DNA of 64,000 nt from Microbotryum violaceum (lineage: Eukaryota). The stretch covers positions 1,550,001 to 1,614,000 of the forward strand of contig CDLV01000008.1 of the NCBI GenBank assembly GCA_001244265.2, read 5' to 3'. Shown here piece after piece: positions 27,355 to 40,263 of the stretch. The notes beneath the pieces were generated by a model, which was not told the origin of the DNA, ran no database searches, and saw only the letters and a program-made list of their open reading frames with translations. Each line of letters opens with the position of its first letter. The first letter of the stretch is position 1. The translations under genes were made by a program, and so were the position numbers.

Positions 27355-30300
27355 ATGGAGTTTTCCCTCCAAGACGAGTTGAGCGCCTCGAGCGATCTCA
27401 ACGACTATGTGTTCCCCTCGATCGACTTTGAGGTGATGGAACCGGCCCTGGTCAACGCGACGTTGAACGGTCAGTCAACTCTGTCCATCTGCGGCGCCTT
27501 GCGAAGAGCGAGTGTGACACCCGCTGACCCCCCTTTGTATCTCCACAGGTATTGTCGATACTATCACGGGCGATTGCTCGACGATCCAACAGGCCGAGGT
27601 GTTTGATACGTTCAGGTCCATGCTCAAGTAGGTTCTGTCGCCCCCGAGGCATGCCAGCTCAGCCTAGAGGAGGCCACAACTGAAAACACACACACCCACA
27701 CACGTAGATACGCCGAACACCTCCAAGGACCAACCCTCAACAAATTGCTCGACTCGATATGCTCGGGTCAGTCGCAGTAGTGGTACCGCACTCCGTCGGA
27801 GAGAGCGCGCCGGAGGATGTTGACTGACCCTCGAGACTCGCGATTCCAGGCTTCTCGGCCGAGATCGAATCCACCTCCAAGGACAATGACCCGACCGACC
27901 ACACCGCGTATCGATCCCACAAACAAGCGCTCGAGATGTATGCCTTCCTGTTGCAGTGGTTCGTCTCGACCGCCGAGAAGCTGGCCCAGTCCCAGCATGC
28001 CGCAGAAGACGTCGCTTTGACAGCCGCGGGCAAGAGGGCACGTTTGCATAGACTAACGACCCGTGAGCTTGGGGCAAGGCTGACATGGTACTCTTGTCGC
28101 ACCGAGCAGAAGAAGGTGACCAAGGCCGCGGCCAAGAAACGACGCAACGAGTTTTCCTGGATCGAATCCATCCCCGAAGCGCTCGGGGTCATGTCCAAGG
28201 CCTTGCGTTTGAGGACCGAGAGGATTTGGCAAACGACGGCCGAACGCGATACCCTCGTCTCGTAAGTGCACCCGCTCTTGAACCTACGTCAGTGAGAATC
28301 CAACACCGACTTCCCTCCCTCTCCATGACAGGAACTGCTTCCTGAAACCGGTCAACCTGATCGCCGAAAACGAGACCTATGTCAAAGTCGGCGAGATCAA
28401 AACGGGCCTCTTCAAAGTGCTCTGCGTCGCCGCCAAATCGCATGGCCAGGCGTTGAGCGTCCAAATGACGATCATGCAGAACCTCCAATACCACGAACAT
28501 CTCTCCGAGACCATGGCCGAGCTCGTCCACCTGCTCATGAAGGAATTCGACTACTCGCAATTGGGTGAAGACGTGTTGAGGGAAATCGCGAATCGACATT
28601 TCAACGGCGCCGATTCCAAGGGTCCCCGCTCGTTCTCCAAGTTCCTGATCCGATTGGCCGAAATCTCCCCCCGGTTGATCTTGAAGCAGATCGCATTGTT
28701 GCAAACCCACCTTGATTCGGAGTCGTACCCGATGAGAAACGCCATCTTGGAAGTCATCGGTCTGCTCGTGAAGGAACTGTCCATTACTGAAGGGCTGGAC
28801 ATGGAACCCGAGGTGCAGAAACGACAACTCGAAGCCTTTTACGACCTCTTGTTCGAACGCCTGCTCGACCTCAACTCGTACGTGCGCTCCAAAGTCGCCA
28901 CGATCCTCATCAAGACGTGCGACTTGCCGACCAAACAACCCAAGATCCGTACGCGTCTGACCGAATTGACGATTCGTTCGTTGGAAGACAAGTCGAGTCA
29001 AGTCAGGAAAAACTGTATTGCTCTTTTGACCAAGTTGATCTTGACCCATCCTTATGGTAGGATGCATGGTGGGGAGTTGGAGATGAGCGAGTGGAGGGCC
29101 AGGTACGAGGCGCTTGAGAAGGAGTTGAAGGTCTTGGATTTGCCGGGGGTCGAGGAAGCGGCTGCTTTGGCTGAGGCGAGGGAGTTGATGGCTGATTCAG
29201 ATGATGAGCAAGAGAATGAAAATGAGGAGCACCAACAGGCGGGTGAAGAGGGCGAGGAAGCGAGCGGCGACGACGATGGCGAGTCTTCGGACAGTGATGG
29301 ACCACCAAAGCCCAGGAAAGAAAAGCTTGCGAAAGAGGTGGTTCGAGCTCGACCCCGGAAGTCTGACGGGATCGATCACGCGGCTGCCGATCAAACCGAG
29401 ATTCTGCAACGCGTCGACGAGGACACGCTCACACGTTTGCGCCTGACGAAACGCTACTACTCCGATGCGATCACCTTTATCGAGCAACTCGATCGAGCCA
29501 TGGACACCGTCGCTGATCTACTGGCTTCCACGGTCAAGTCCGAGGTATTGGAAGCAATGGAGTTTTTCAAGACGGCGTCGCAGTACAAGGTCGAGACCGC
29601 TGAGAAAGGAGTGAAGAGGATGCTGCACTTGATTTGGAGCAAGGACGACGCGACGACGACATCGGAAGAGGACGGCAAGGAGTTAAAGGGCATTCGATCG
29701 AGGTTGATCGAATGCTATTCGCAGCTCTACTTTGAGGCGAGGCCGGATATGACGCCCAAGGAACACGTCAATCGCGTGACGCAAAACGTGATCGAGTTCA
29801 CGAGGGACGCCACGCTCGCCGAGTTGACCTCGCTCGAACAGTTGTTGGGGGTCATGATGTCCAAGGGTGTCGTCGAGGACGACGTCATTGCCAAGCTGTG
29901 GCAGGTCTACAGTGAGTCGTGGTAACGCGTTTGACTTGCCTCGGAAAAGCTGTAACTAACCCGGGGAGCTTCACTTTCCACCAGGCACCGACAAGTCCAT
30001 CCCCAAGTTCCAACGCCGAGGTGCCATCATCGTCCTGGGCATGTTCGCCGCCCCTCGTCCCGAAATCATCTCGGAGCACGTCGAGACCCTCTTGCGCATC
30101 GGTCTCGGCGCGCACGGAAAGCTCGACCTTGTCTTGGCCAAGTACACGTGCATCGCGCTCAGTCGAGTCGCGGGAAGCGTCAAGAAGGTCAAAGGGTCGC
30201 TCGACGACGTTTCGATCAGATTGCCGATGGACAGTCCGGTCTTTGCTCGATTGGCCGGCATCATCCAGCATCCCTCTTCGGACAAAGAATGGTACGTTCC

Positions 30301-32079
30301 ATCTTCTGATCTATGGAGAACGCAGTGCCGATCTCTCACGTTCTTCTTGATGGCTCTTCAGGTTCTCGATGGCCGAGCAGGCGCTCAACACGATCTACTC
30401 TCTCGGTGACCAACCCGATGCTTTGTGCTCGCTCATTCTGCGCGAGATGACGACGCATGTCTTTGGTCCCAAAGCAGCGGTCCCGTCCCGCGAGACTACA
30501 CCCGCGGGCGATGCTGTGGCTGCACAGGATGAATCCGTCCTCGATGGCAGAGAAGACAATGAAGCTGCTCCAGCAACCCGCTCGTCGACGCCCGCCCCGG
30601 ATGCAGGTGTCCCAATGAACGGCAATGCGTTCCACCTGAGTCAACTCATCTTCGTCGCCGGTCATTGCGCGATTAAGCAACTCGTGCACATCGAGCTCGT
30701 CGAACGTGACTTGAAACGACGGAAAGCCGACGAGGACAAGAAAGGCGCAGCCAAATCAGCGGGTCAGGACGAACTCGATCAAGTCGCCGGTTCAGTCGAG
30801 GATGAGATTGGTGATGTGATCGCTTCGACGAAGGAGAAGGAATTGCTCTATGGTCCTCGTTCGCTCTTGGCCGTCTTTGGTCCAATGGCGGCGACGATCG
30901 TCTCACAACCTAAGGTGTATCGCAACTCGATGCTGAAGACGGCCGCAACGTTGGCGTTGAGCAAGTTCATGTGCGTCTCGGCGCAGTTCTGCGAGGAACA
31001 TCTGATGATGTTGCTCAAGGTGTTCGAGACGTCGAGGGAACCGGCCGTTCGATCCAACATCGTCATCGCGCTCGGTGATATTGCCGTCTGTTTCTCCACC
31101 ATCATGGACGAGAACAGTGATCGTTTGTACGCTGGTTTGAATGACAAGGATCTAACGGTTAAGAAGAACACGTTGATGGTCTTGACGCACTTGATTCTCA
31201 ACGGGATGATCAAAGTCAAAGGTCAATTGGGCGAGATGGCGAAGTGCCTCGAGGACGAGGACAAGAGGATCAGCGATCTGGCTCACTTGTTCTTTACCGA
31301 GTTGTCGGCCAAGGAGAAGGCCATCTACAACAACTTGCCCGACATCATCAGTCATCTGTCGGCGTCGGCCACCGAGGAGGTGTTCTGCAAATCGATGAGG
31401 TTCATTTTTACCTTTGTGGACAAGGTCAGTCCGGTTCCTTCGCCTCCATGCACAAAGATTCCTCTGCTGACCTTTTCGCACTCTCCTGTCCACTTCACAG
31501 AAACGAGAGGCCGAAACGATCGTCGAGAAGCTCTGCCAACGCTTCCAAATGGCGACCGATGCTCGTCAATGGCGCGACATCGCCTTTTGCCTCTCGCTCT
31601 TACCGTTCAACTCTGAAGTCGCGGTCAAGAAGTTGGTCGAGGGGTTACCGTTCTATCAGGACAAGTTGCACGAGGAGACCGTGTACAAGAGGTTCGGCGA
31701 GATTCTGACCAAGGTGAGTTGCTTAAGATCTTCGCGTGAGGGCCAACCGTTCTGATAGTGCCTGATTACTTGTTCCAACAGGCTACGAACAACAAGGCGA
31801 CCAAGAACGAACAAGACTTGCAAGAGTTTGCGAACGCGCTCGAGGAGCACCGCGCCAAAGGCAGTGAGGATCAAGAGGTGGCGAGGAAGGTCCAAAAGTC
31901 GAAGCGCAAGGCCGCTGCGACCAAAACCAAGGCACGACGTGAGTGCTTTGTTGTCAGGTTCGCGCTTGAGGCCGATCATTCGGATCACTGACTTGGACTG
32001 CCTCGCCTTTCGTTTACGCTGACTCGTAGCAAGACGCAAGGCCGCGACCGAGACGCCTCCTTCTTCACCCGAGCGGTGA
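27355..32079 (+). CDS. YCS4: Condensin non-SMC HEAT subunit Cnd1/Ycs4 (CAP-D2)
   Basis: LDSESYPMRNAILEVIG, DLNSYVRSKV, LEDKSSQVRKNCIALLTKLILTHPYG, ALSKFMCVSAQFCE, VRSNIVIALGDIAV, KKNTLMVLTHLILNGMIKVKGQLGEMAKCLED, IYNNLPDIISHLS. Confidence 0.95.
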
Positions 32080-32399
32080 AAGAATGTTTTGTGATTTTCG
32101 AGCGATGTATTTTTCAAGACTTGAATTTTTGATGTGTACGAGAATTGTGTTGGCTGCGATCTATCATTCCGTTATGGGTTGGCCTTCTCTTGATGTTGTG
32201 CATTGCAATTCTGATCGTTTTAAATGGTCGATACTATAGGCACCGATGAGTGCGATCGGCGTGTCGCGTGGCTTCAGGTGGCCTCGTGTCGTGCTCTGTC
32301 ATGCTCGCGGGCGGCGTCCCTCTCCCCCACGCCACGGTGTCGACTTTACTTCTTGGCACTCGAGTTCAGCCAACTCTCCGCGAGTCGAGGCGACCCAGC

Positions 32400-33926
32400 A
32401 TGCCGGCGCGGGTGGGCGACTACTATGGCCCCGCATCGACCAGTAGCTCGACCTCGTCTTCAAGCACCAGCAGTCGTGGCCACCTTCGAAGGGCGCCCTC
32501 TCGCTCGTTGGACGTGTTGCCTTCATCGGCTGCCTCGTCCGACGCGGGCACGAGCACGAGCACAAACACGAGCACAAACACGAGCACAAACACGAGCACG
32601 AGCACAAGCACGACCGTGCGCACAAGCAGCGACGGACACACACGACACCACCACTTGCGCACATCGTCCTCGTCTTCTTCACTCCTGTCCGCATCGGTCA
32701 TCACAGCCAATGGCCAGCTCGCGCGTCCCAGCCTGGCGTCAACGCGGAGGTGCAGCAGCTCGAACGCGCGTTGGGCCACGACGGAGCGCCAGCCATCGCT
32801 TTCAGCGTTGATGCTGGTCGAGCAGAGGAAGTTGCAGAGCGAACAGCTCAGGAGAACAAACAGTGCGATCGCGTTGGGGAGGCATAGGTCGCGATCGGCG
32901 ACATCGTCCACGGGAAGGCGGAAGAACGGCTTTCACCACAAAGCACACCAAGGCGAAGATCAGGACGGACAAGATCACGGCGAGGAGCACAACGACGACG
33001 ATGACGGTGAAGAGGACGCTGAAGACGATCATGACGCCAACGAGGATTGGAGGGATATGATGCAATGGAGGAACGACCCACCCCAGAGCGCGATCCTGCA
33101 CCCACCCCTGTACGGTCGACCGGGACCCCAACCCTCCCCCGACCTCTTCACCACCCTTCTACAACCGCTCCTATCTCTTTCCCGTCCACCTTCACCCTCT
33201 CTCGCGATGCCGCCAACTCGTGCATCACCTGTGAGTCTCGTGGACCACCCTACGCTGACATCGACGAGGCAATCGACACCCGTCTTCTCTTCCTCACCAA
33301 CGACGTTTTCCACCTCGACCTTGGCCCCTCCTTCTTCGACCGAGATCCCCGACCGATCTGCTTCGTCTCTACCCGCCCAATTTCCGCCTCGTGCATCTAC
33401 GGACCCCGGACCGACGGTCGAATCACAAGGATTCGTCCTCTACATCGGTTCAGGCGTTGCTTGGATCCTGTACCTTGTGTGGTCCTTAGTACCCGATCGA
33501 CACTTGGAAGCGATCGGAGTCGCATGGTATCCATCTCGGTCAGTCCCAGCCCTTTCCTTCTACTCCCTGCTTTCATCCAACTAACCACTTTATCCAACCC
33601 AACAAAAAAACAGTGAATGGGCCCTCCTCGTTCCCGCCTGGACCATCATGCTCGCCGCCTTCATCTACTTCTCCTACATCTCCATCAACCTCTTCATCAC
33701 ACCTCCCATAAACTCTCTCGACACCTTCACCGATCCGTTCGCCTTCATTCTCGTCCCCAGCGAAGAAGATCCCCATCCATTGATCACGAATTCGGTCTTG
33801 CTGCCGCCGGACGCGGTGCCCCCGATTCACGATTTGCCTGTCTCGTTGGTCAATCGGGTTGTATTTGGCGATTTTAGGAGAAAGGTGATGAGGGACGAAC
33901 GGAAAGAGGCGGACAGGGTGAGATGA
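32400..33926 (+). CDS. PIG-P/Gpi19 domain protein (GPI-GlcNAc transferase subunit) with long low-complexity N-terminal extension
   Basis: ESQGFVLYIGS...YLVWSLVPDRHLEAIGVAWYPSR|EWALLVPAW...TPPINSLDTFTD...VPPIHDLPVSLVNRVVF. One intron near 33539-33613. Confidence 0.85.
32548..32613 (+). repeat. Coding 6/12-bp tandem repeat (ACGAGC/ACAAAC) encoding TSTSTNTSTNTSTNTSTSTST
   Basis: Read directly. Confidence 0.85.
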
Positions 33927-34359
33927 ATGTGTAATCTTAGACGTAGTATCGTGTTGGAAATACGCATGACTTATTCAACCCGAACCCAATCAAATCTTGG
34001 GAGCTCGTGCTCTCACGGGGCCGCGTCGAGTAGCTAGGCTTGGAAAAGTGACCGAAACACAAAGCGCGAATTTGAGAAGTATATTTGTGTGTGTTACAAG
34101 AGGTAGCCCGACGGGCCATGAAAGGGTGCAAAGGATGAAAGAGAAGAGAAAGACGGAAAGAGAAGGGTTCCATCGAGCTCATGTAAGCAGAAGAAGCAAT
34201 AAAAAAGGCTGAGACCTTGATGAAGCAGGCATTGAAAAAGGACAAAGGCACGAACAAGGGTGATGGTGGGTTGGGCGAGCGAGGACGAACGAAAGCAAGA
34301 AGGAGAAAGGCGAAGAAAGGGACGAACAAAAGTTAAAGCAATAAGGATGACAATAACGC

Positions 34360-36024
34360 TCATAGCTTAACCCCACCGGGCAACTTGAAGTAGTCGCACT
34401 TGAGCGCGGTCTTCGCGCTCATCCTCTTGGCCGGGTCGTACATAAGCATCCCTTGCAAAATCTCGGCCGATTCAGGGGTCGCTCCAGAGACGTGTTCAGA
34501 GAGATTTTTGGCGTGCCAGCAGGGGAACGAGGTCTTGTAATCGGGTAATGTCGTCACACCGGGCCATACTTCTTCCGTCGGAGTGCCGAGTAGCCTGGTT
34601 CGACACGTAAGGGGGTCAGTCCCCTCTGTCACGCTGGTGGATTACATGCCGGGACTGACCTGAAAATTCGGAAGATCTCGTCGATCTCTGAATCGCCGGG
34701 GAACAAGGGTTGACGCATGATCATCTCGGCAAAGATGCAGCCGACGGACCACATGTCGACGCCGGTCGAGTAGTGTCTTGACCCGAGCAGCACCTCAGGC
34801 GCACGGTACCACAACGTCACAATCTGTGATATCCAAGGTGCGTTAGGATTGATAACGGAGTTGTCTCAACCGAATTCCGTGACTAACCTCGTGGGTGTAC
34901 GTCCGCAGAGGGATACCGAACGCTCGCGCCAGACCGAAATCGGCAAGCTTCAGGTTTCCCTCCTTGTTGATGAGCAAGTTCTGCGGCTTGAGGTCGCGGT
35001 GCAAGATGCGGTGAGCGTGGAGATAGTACACGCCTTTTACGAGTTGATATGTCTGTGGATGGGTGAGAAGACGCGCAACAGTGGACGTCCATGGTCAGTT
35101 CCGGCAATGAATCTGCCATCGCCAGCAGGGTTTTACGTACGAATTTCTGCATCGCGATTGAAATTCCAGGGATCTGAATTCAGTGTCTGCGAAGGATGCA
35201 ACAGATCCACTAGTAGGGACGTCTGACTCACCTTTACGATATCGGGACCCATGCCCTCGCCGTCGCCGACCTTGTCCATGTACCGCTTGAGATCGAGGTC
35301 GAGGTACTCAAAGACGAGGTAGAGTTTTGTGTCGCTGTGCACGATATCCAACAACCTGTGCGTTTGGGTCTCGTCAGTTCGATCTTCCCATCTTCTGTGA
35401 CGAGGGTGATGAAACTGATGGCGCTGAACGGTCGCGACACGCACTTTACCACATTGTCATCCTTGGCCTCTTTGAGGAGCGAGATCTCTCGGATCGCGGT
35501 CGAGGGCACGCCTTCGTCCTCTGCCTCGAGACGAATCTTCTTCAACGCGACGATCTCGCCCGTTTCCTTGTTACGGGATCGGTACTAGTTGGGGTGAAGA
35601 TGAGACATTGCGAGGCGGAAACGCATTGTAGAAAGAAGGAGAGGGCAAAGAGTGGCGCGCTGGTCAGGTCTCTGTGGACGCGTGCAAGGGGACGCGTGCC
35701 CCTGCAAAGTGGAAGGCTCAACGTACGACAACACCATACGTTCCTGTGAGAGCAAAGACTGGTCAGTGGTGGAAAGTGAAACTCCAACTCCAGTATGCAC
35801 CCATGCTGGGACGCGGCGACGCGGCGAGTCGTGCTCCGTCCACAGCCCAGGCTGCGTCGCGCGCTGACGCCCCCGGCCCGGCGCAGTGCAGGCTGCTTGG
35901 TCGTCGAGCGCGGCGCGTCTCGCTGCAGGTCCCTACACGAGACTTTTGGGCGTCACTCGAGCCCGGACGATTTTGACGTACCTTCTCCTACTTTCTCGAG
36001 CCTTTCGTACTTTTCCAGAGACAT
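34360..36024 (-). CDS. CDK1: Cyclin-dependent kinase Cdk1/Cdc2/Cdc28
   Basis: [26 protein letters not shown]...[56 protein letters not shown]. Confidence 0.98.
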
Positions 36025-36695
36025 AGCGGGTGGGGGGATACAGCGAGGGCGTGGTCCGATCGAGGATGTTGAAGGAGCGAGAGGCGAAAAGAGAATCGAA
36101 TACGCGCCGACGAGTTCACGGCGATGACGCTAGGACTCGCAGAGGGGGAAGGTCCGCTGCTGGAGATGTGGGGGTAATCAGCGAAGAGGATTCGCTGTGT
36201 CGTCCGTGTCTCGAAGTCCGATGTCGAGAGAGCGATGACGGGATGTGGATGCGGTCAAGTTGAGCGCGAGCCAAGCCGAAAGCCCCGAGACGAGACGCGT
36301 CGGAAAATGCGATCCACTTCAAGCAAGCGCAACATTGGAAGAGTACAGAGATGTTTGGCGCGATTTGCTAATGCGAAGTTGGTAGGCTCAACTCCCTCAA
36401 TCGACTATTACGATTACAATCGCGTAGAGTCATCGGACAGAAGCGAGTCTGAAAGTATTTACATAACTTCAAACTGAAGGAAATTCTGGATTCACTGGCG
36501 AACGAAAAGCTTTGCTAGTCATCGGGATTCGGGCCCGGCCAGGGGCCTTGAAGCTTGAACTTCCTTCAGTTGCCGGACAGGCTGAGCCGGACTGAGCTGG
36601 CCGCAGGCGGGCATCTCCGGGCCCGGGCCAAGCTCCCTCACACGCTGCAGTGCCCCCACATAACACAATCCCACTCTGCCCTTTGCACATTCGCC

Positions 36696-37808
36696 GTGGG
36701 TCGAGTTACCAATTATTCGATCCCAACGGCCTACTTACTGGCGTTCGTACCCCATGTCTAACTCGAGGCACGTCCAGTCCATCTGCGCTCACGAGCTCGG
36801 CCATCCTCGAACCGGTGTCCGTCCGGCTATTTCATCCTGAGACCTCGCCTCCTCTCACTCTGTTCCATAGATGAGCCCCTTAGGCTTCGATGACCAAAGC
36901 CGTCGGTCGATGGGATAACGTCTCGCCAAGGTTAGTCTCCACTTCAAATATGTCGCGTGAGCATCGGCCTCGACTGACCGCAACTGGCATCATGTCGTAT
37001 GATCGCTATCAGGGTCAACGTCGACAAAGCCTCCGCTCGTTTGTCCGAGCAGATGCTCGCCAGATTCAAGCGAGGTGCGCTGTCCTGTCACCCGGGCGTA
37101 CACCGCCCGAGGACTGAAATCACATTTCTTTTTTTCTTTTTCTTTTCAATGACGCGAAATAGCCCAGGGCGCTCATATCAACGGCCTCGAATCCCTACCG
37201 CTTTTTGGCCTCGTGATGGCAAATTTTCATCCCGAGGCTAAACCGCAGACGCTCCTATGTCCTTGACCACCCGACTTACCCAGTTCGCTACCCTCACCCC
37301 CTTCATTCAGCTTTCCTCGAACTTGACGGGTGTTCGGGTCGAGTCAATCAAAATCGTCTCGTTTCTCTAGTAAGCTCAAGCTTGACATTCGAAGCGGCCT
37401 TCTCCTTGAGAGAACAGCGCTCACGCCACCACGATGGACTGGCCGACCCCAACAAACAGCTTTATCACTCGCTTCCTCTACAACCCCAACTACATCTACG
37501 GTACTTCGGCCAAGGTTGCTCTTTTGAGGTGAGCTCTTGACCCGTCATCGAGTCAAGACGGGGAGGAGAATGGAGCGCCGTTGACCCGGGGCTCATCAAC
37601 GCTGAACTTTGATTGGAGCTTTCAGGAGTCTGCTCTGGGGTACCGGTCAGAGTACGTACCCATCCAAGCCTGAGCTTTTTTTTTGTTTTGGTTCAGAGAG
37701 TGATGTGGTTCCAAGATTCTTGATCTTGTGCAATGCGTCTCCTTTACAGTCGCGTCTTTATGGTTGCTCAAACGCTCGGCCGCTGGGCCAAAGACTCCCG
37801 TCGATTGA
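36696..37808 (+). pseudogene. Degenerate MAPEG-family (microsomal GST-like) membrane protein gene
   Basis: Manual splicing gives TNYSIPTAYLLAFVPHV*L / GRWDNVSPR|VNVDKASARLSEQMLARFKR|AQGAHINGLESLPLFGLVM / FITRFLYNPNYIYGTSAKVALLR|SLLWGT. Lesions: in-frame TAA at 36759-36761, no upstream ATG (GTG at 36696), and a frame break near 37330-37420. Confidence 0.75.
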
Positions 37809-38219
37809 AGTGACTGAAGAGGCCTTGAAACAGAAAGTCTCAAGCTTTTGCGATGTACGAAGGTGTAAAGAACGGAAATGATGCGATTGATTCCAACACA
37901 ACAGAACGACAAACAAAAATCAACATGAGCACGGACGAGTGATGTACACAGAGAGAGAGGGAGAGAGAGCAGGAACAGGAACAGGTGCTTGGCGGCAAGT
38001 GCGGAATGACACAATGGACTCGAGGACAGAGCGGCCGCAAGAATTGGATCGACAAAGTCAAGCACGGTAGGAGGGGTGCCATGAGAGGGAGATAGAAGAC
38101 CCCCCCCCCCTTGTTAAAGAGATGGCAATGGAAGCCAAGGAAGAGAGAGGGGCCGATACACAAGCAGACAATGACTATGAAGTCTTCTGTCCATGCTTGA
38201 ATCTGATACAAGACGACCG

Positions 38220-40263
38220 TCAGGAGAGCTCGGTGCGTAGCCGAGTGCGCGACAGCGATTGACGAATGACCTCGTCCGAATCGTCCTGGGCGTGATCGAC
38301 CTTGTCGTCGTCGTCTTTTTGCCATGCGGCGCGCGAGTAGGATTTGACGCTACTGATGCTGCTCGACTTGCCGTCCTCGCCTTCGGGCCCAAAGTGATTC
38401 TGTTGTAAGAGAATGAAAGGTGGTTAGATGTGGCTCGTTTCCGGACGAGTGGTGCCTGTACTCACATAGACTTTTTGGTGCCTACAAATGGGGTAGAATG
38501 GGGTAGGGCGGGGGGGGGAAAGGGTGGAAGTGTCAATCTCCTGAGGAAAGTCACTACATCGAATGCAAATCTAAAGCAGACATACCGACGGAGGTTGGAA
38601 GGTGCAGCAAACGGACGTTGACACTTTGGGTTGGGACAGAGGTGCGGCTTTTCTTTCGAATGCGAGCGCTAGTAGAGGACGGAGAATGAGTCTGAGCACG
38701 CCGGTCACCGGCACGAACGCTGGCAAGGGAAGGGGGAACGTACCTCATGAGTGCTAAGCGCAGAAGGCCTGTGATGAGCGTGACCAAACACAAATATTAT
38801 TCGATTTAGTCAATTGTAATTCATCTCGTAATGACTCCACGTGGCTGGAGCGCAACGTACCTGGCAAACATCTTACCGCACTGAGGGCACGGGAAACGGC
38901 GCGTGGCGGCGTCCCTCGGCGGTTCGTTCGCACGCCGACGGCGACGACGTTTCTTGACGCCGGAGTCGCCGACCGAAGTTGCCTCGTCCGAGTGGTCCGA
39001 CGTACTCCACGAGGGCGAACGCTTGATGGAAACGCCTTGAAGAGGGGCAGGGTGGAATGCGGTCTGCCCCGAGGCGGTCTCGCGTGGAGCACGGGTACCC
39101 TTGTACGCGTCGCGCGAGACCCCTAGCGAGGGTTCATCGCCGTGTGAGGTCGACGACGAGTTCGAAGTGGGCGGCGGCGGTCGCCCTTGCGTGGAAACAC
39201 ATTGACCGCCCCGAGCATTCGATTCGGAAGCGAAAGAATTAGAGTGATACTCCGACGGTTGGAGCGAGTAATGAAGCGACATTGGGATCGCGTTCGACGC
39301 GCCGGCGGTCGGGTCGGCGGGGAAGGTGTAGCTGGCTTGCGCATGCGGCGGGGGTGGGGGCGTTGATGAGTGTCTCGCAGTGGAAGGAATATGGGACGAC
39401 CTCGGATGCCAACGATTTGACCGAGTGCTTCCGGTCGCGTTGTTCGGTAAGGTGAAGCCGCCGCACCCCGTGGGGGGGTAGCTAAGGGAAGAAGGTCGAT
39501 GCCCTTCGCCAGAGTCGAGCTCGGGGTAGAGCGTGGAGAGCGAGTTGCCACCCACGGCACTGTACGAGGCGACGTGTGGAGGTAGCGAGGTCAAATTGGA
39601 GCAAATTTGATACGTAGACGATCTCGCTGACGGTGCCTGGTGGGTGGGGCCAGTAGATTGGGCTTGCTCAATGTGATGAGTGGTCTGAGGTTGATAACCG
39701 GTTGCGACGTTGGCCGCCCCGGCCCCTATCGGCATCGCGTGAAACGAAGGAGGAGACGAGTCCATGGTCATAGAGGCGCTGAGGAGTCTCCTATGAGTTA
39801 TGGCCATCGGAGAGGTGCCGGGAGACCAGTGTGCTGTGGGGCCCTTGTAGTTCAACGTCGACCCGGCGCCGAGCTGGTCGTCTCCTCCTGGGAGATCAAC
39901 TTGCGCGCCATGCGACGACTGTGGTTGAGCGTTCGGGATGAGAGGAGCCGACAGAGTGCGCAGCCTGTGGTCGAAAGTCGCTTCGACCGCGGATCGAGGC
40001 GCATAGTGCGATAGGGGCGGATGAGGCTCCAATATCGGCGAGTGCATCGAGTTCGACGAAGACGGTACAGCGTGCGGCCCAGCGGGGGGCTGCGCGTCGA
40101 GCCGAAAAGGGTGGGCTGCGGCGAACGCGGAGGGATGAGATAGGGTGTCGCGCGACAAGTCTAGTAGAAGGCTGGGACGATACTCTTCTTGTAGGTAGTC
40201 GGCTTGGCGAGCGGTGTACGCGTTGGAAGGCCCCCTCGAGTGCGAGTTGGCTGCTGAGTCCAT
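38220..40263 (-). CDS. C2H2 zinc-finger transcription factor (two fingers split over micro-exons)
   Basis: Long Ser/Pro/His-rich exon with KKRRRRRR NLS, then FPCPQCGKMFAR|PSALSTHE|RSHSKEKPHLCPNPKCQRPFAAPSNLRR|HQKVY|NH. Alternative start at 40308. Confidence 0.85.
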
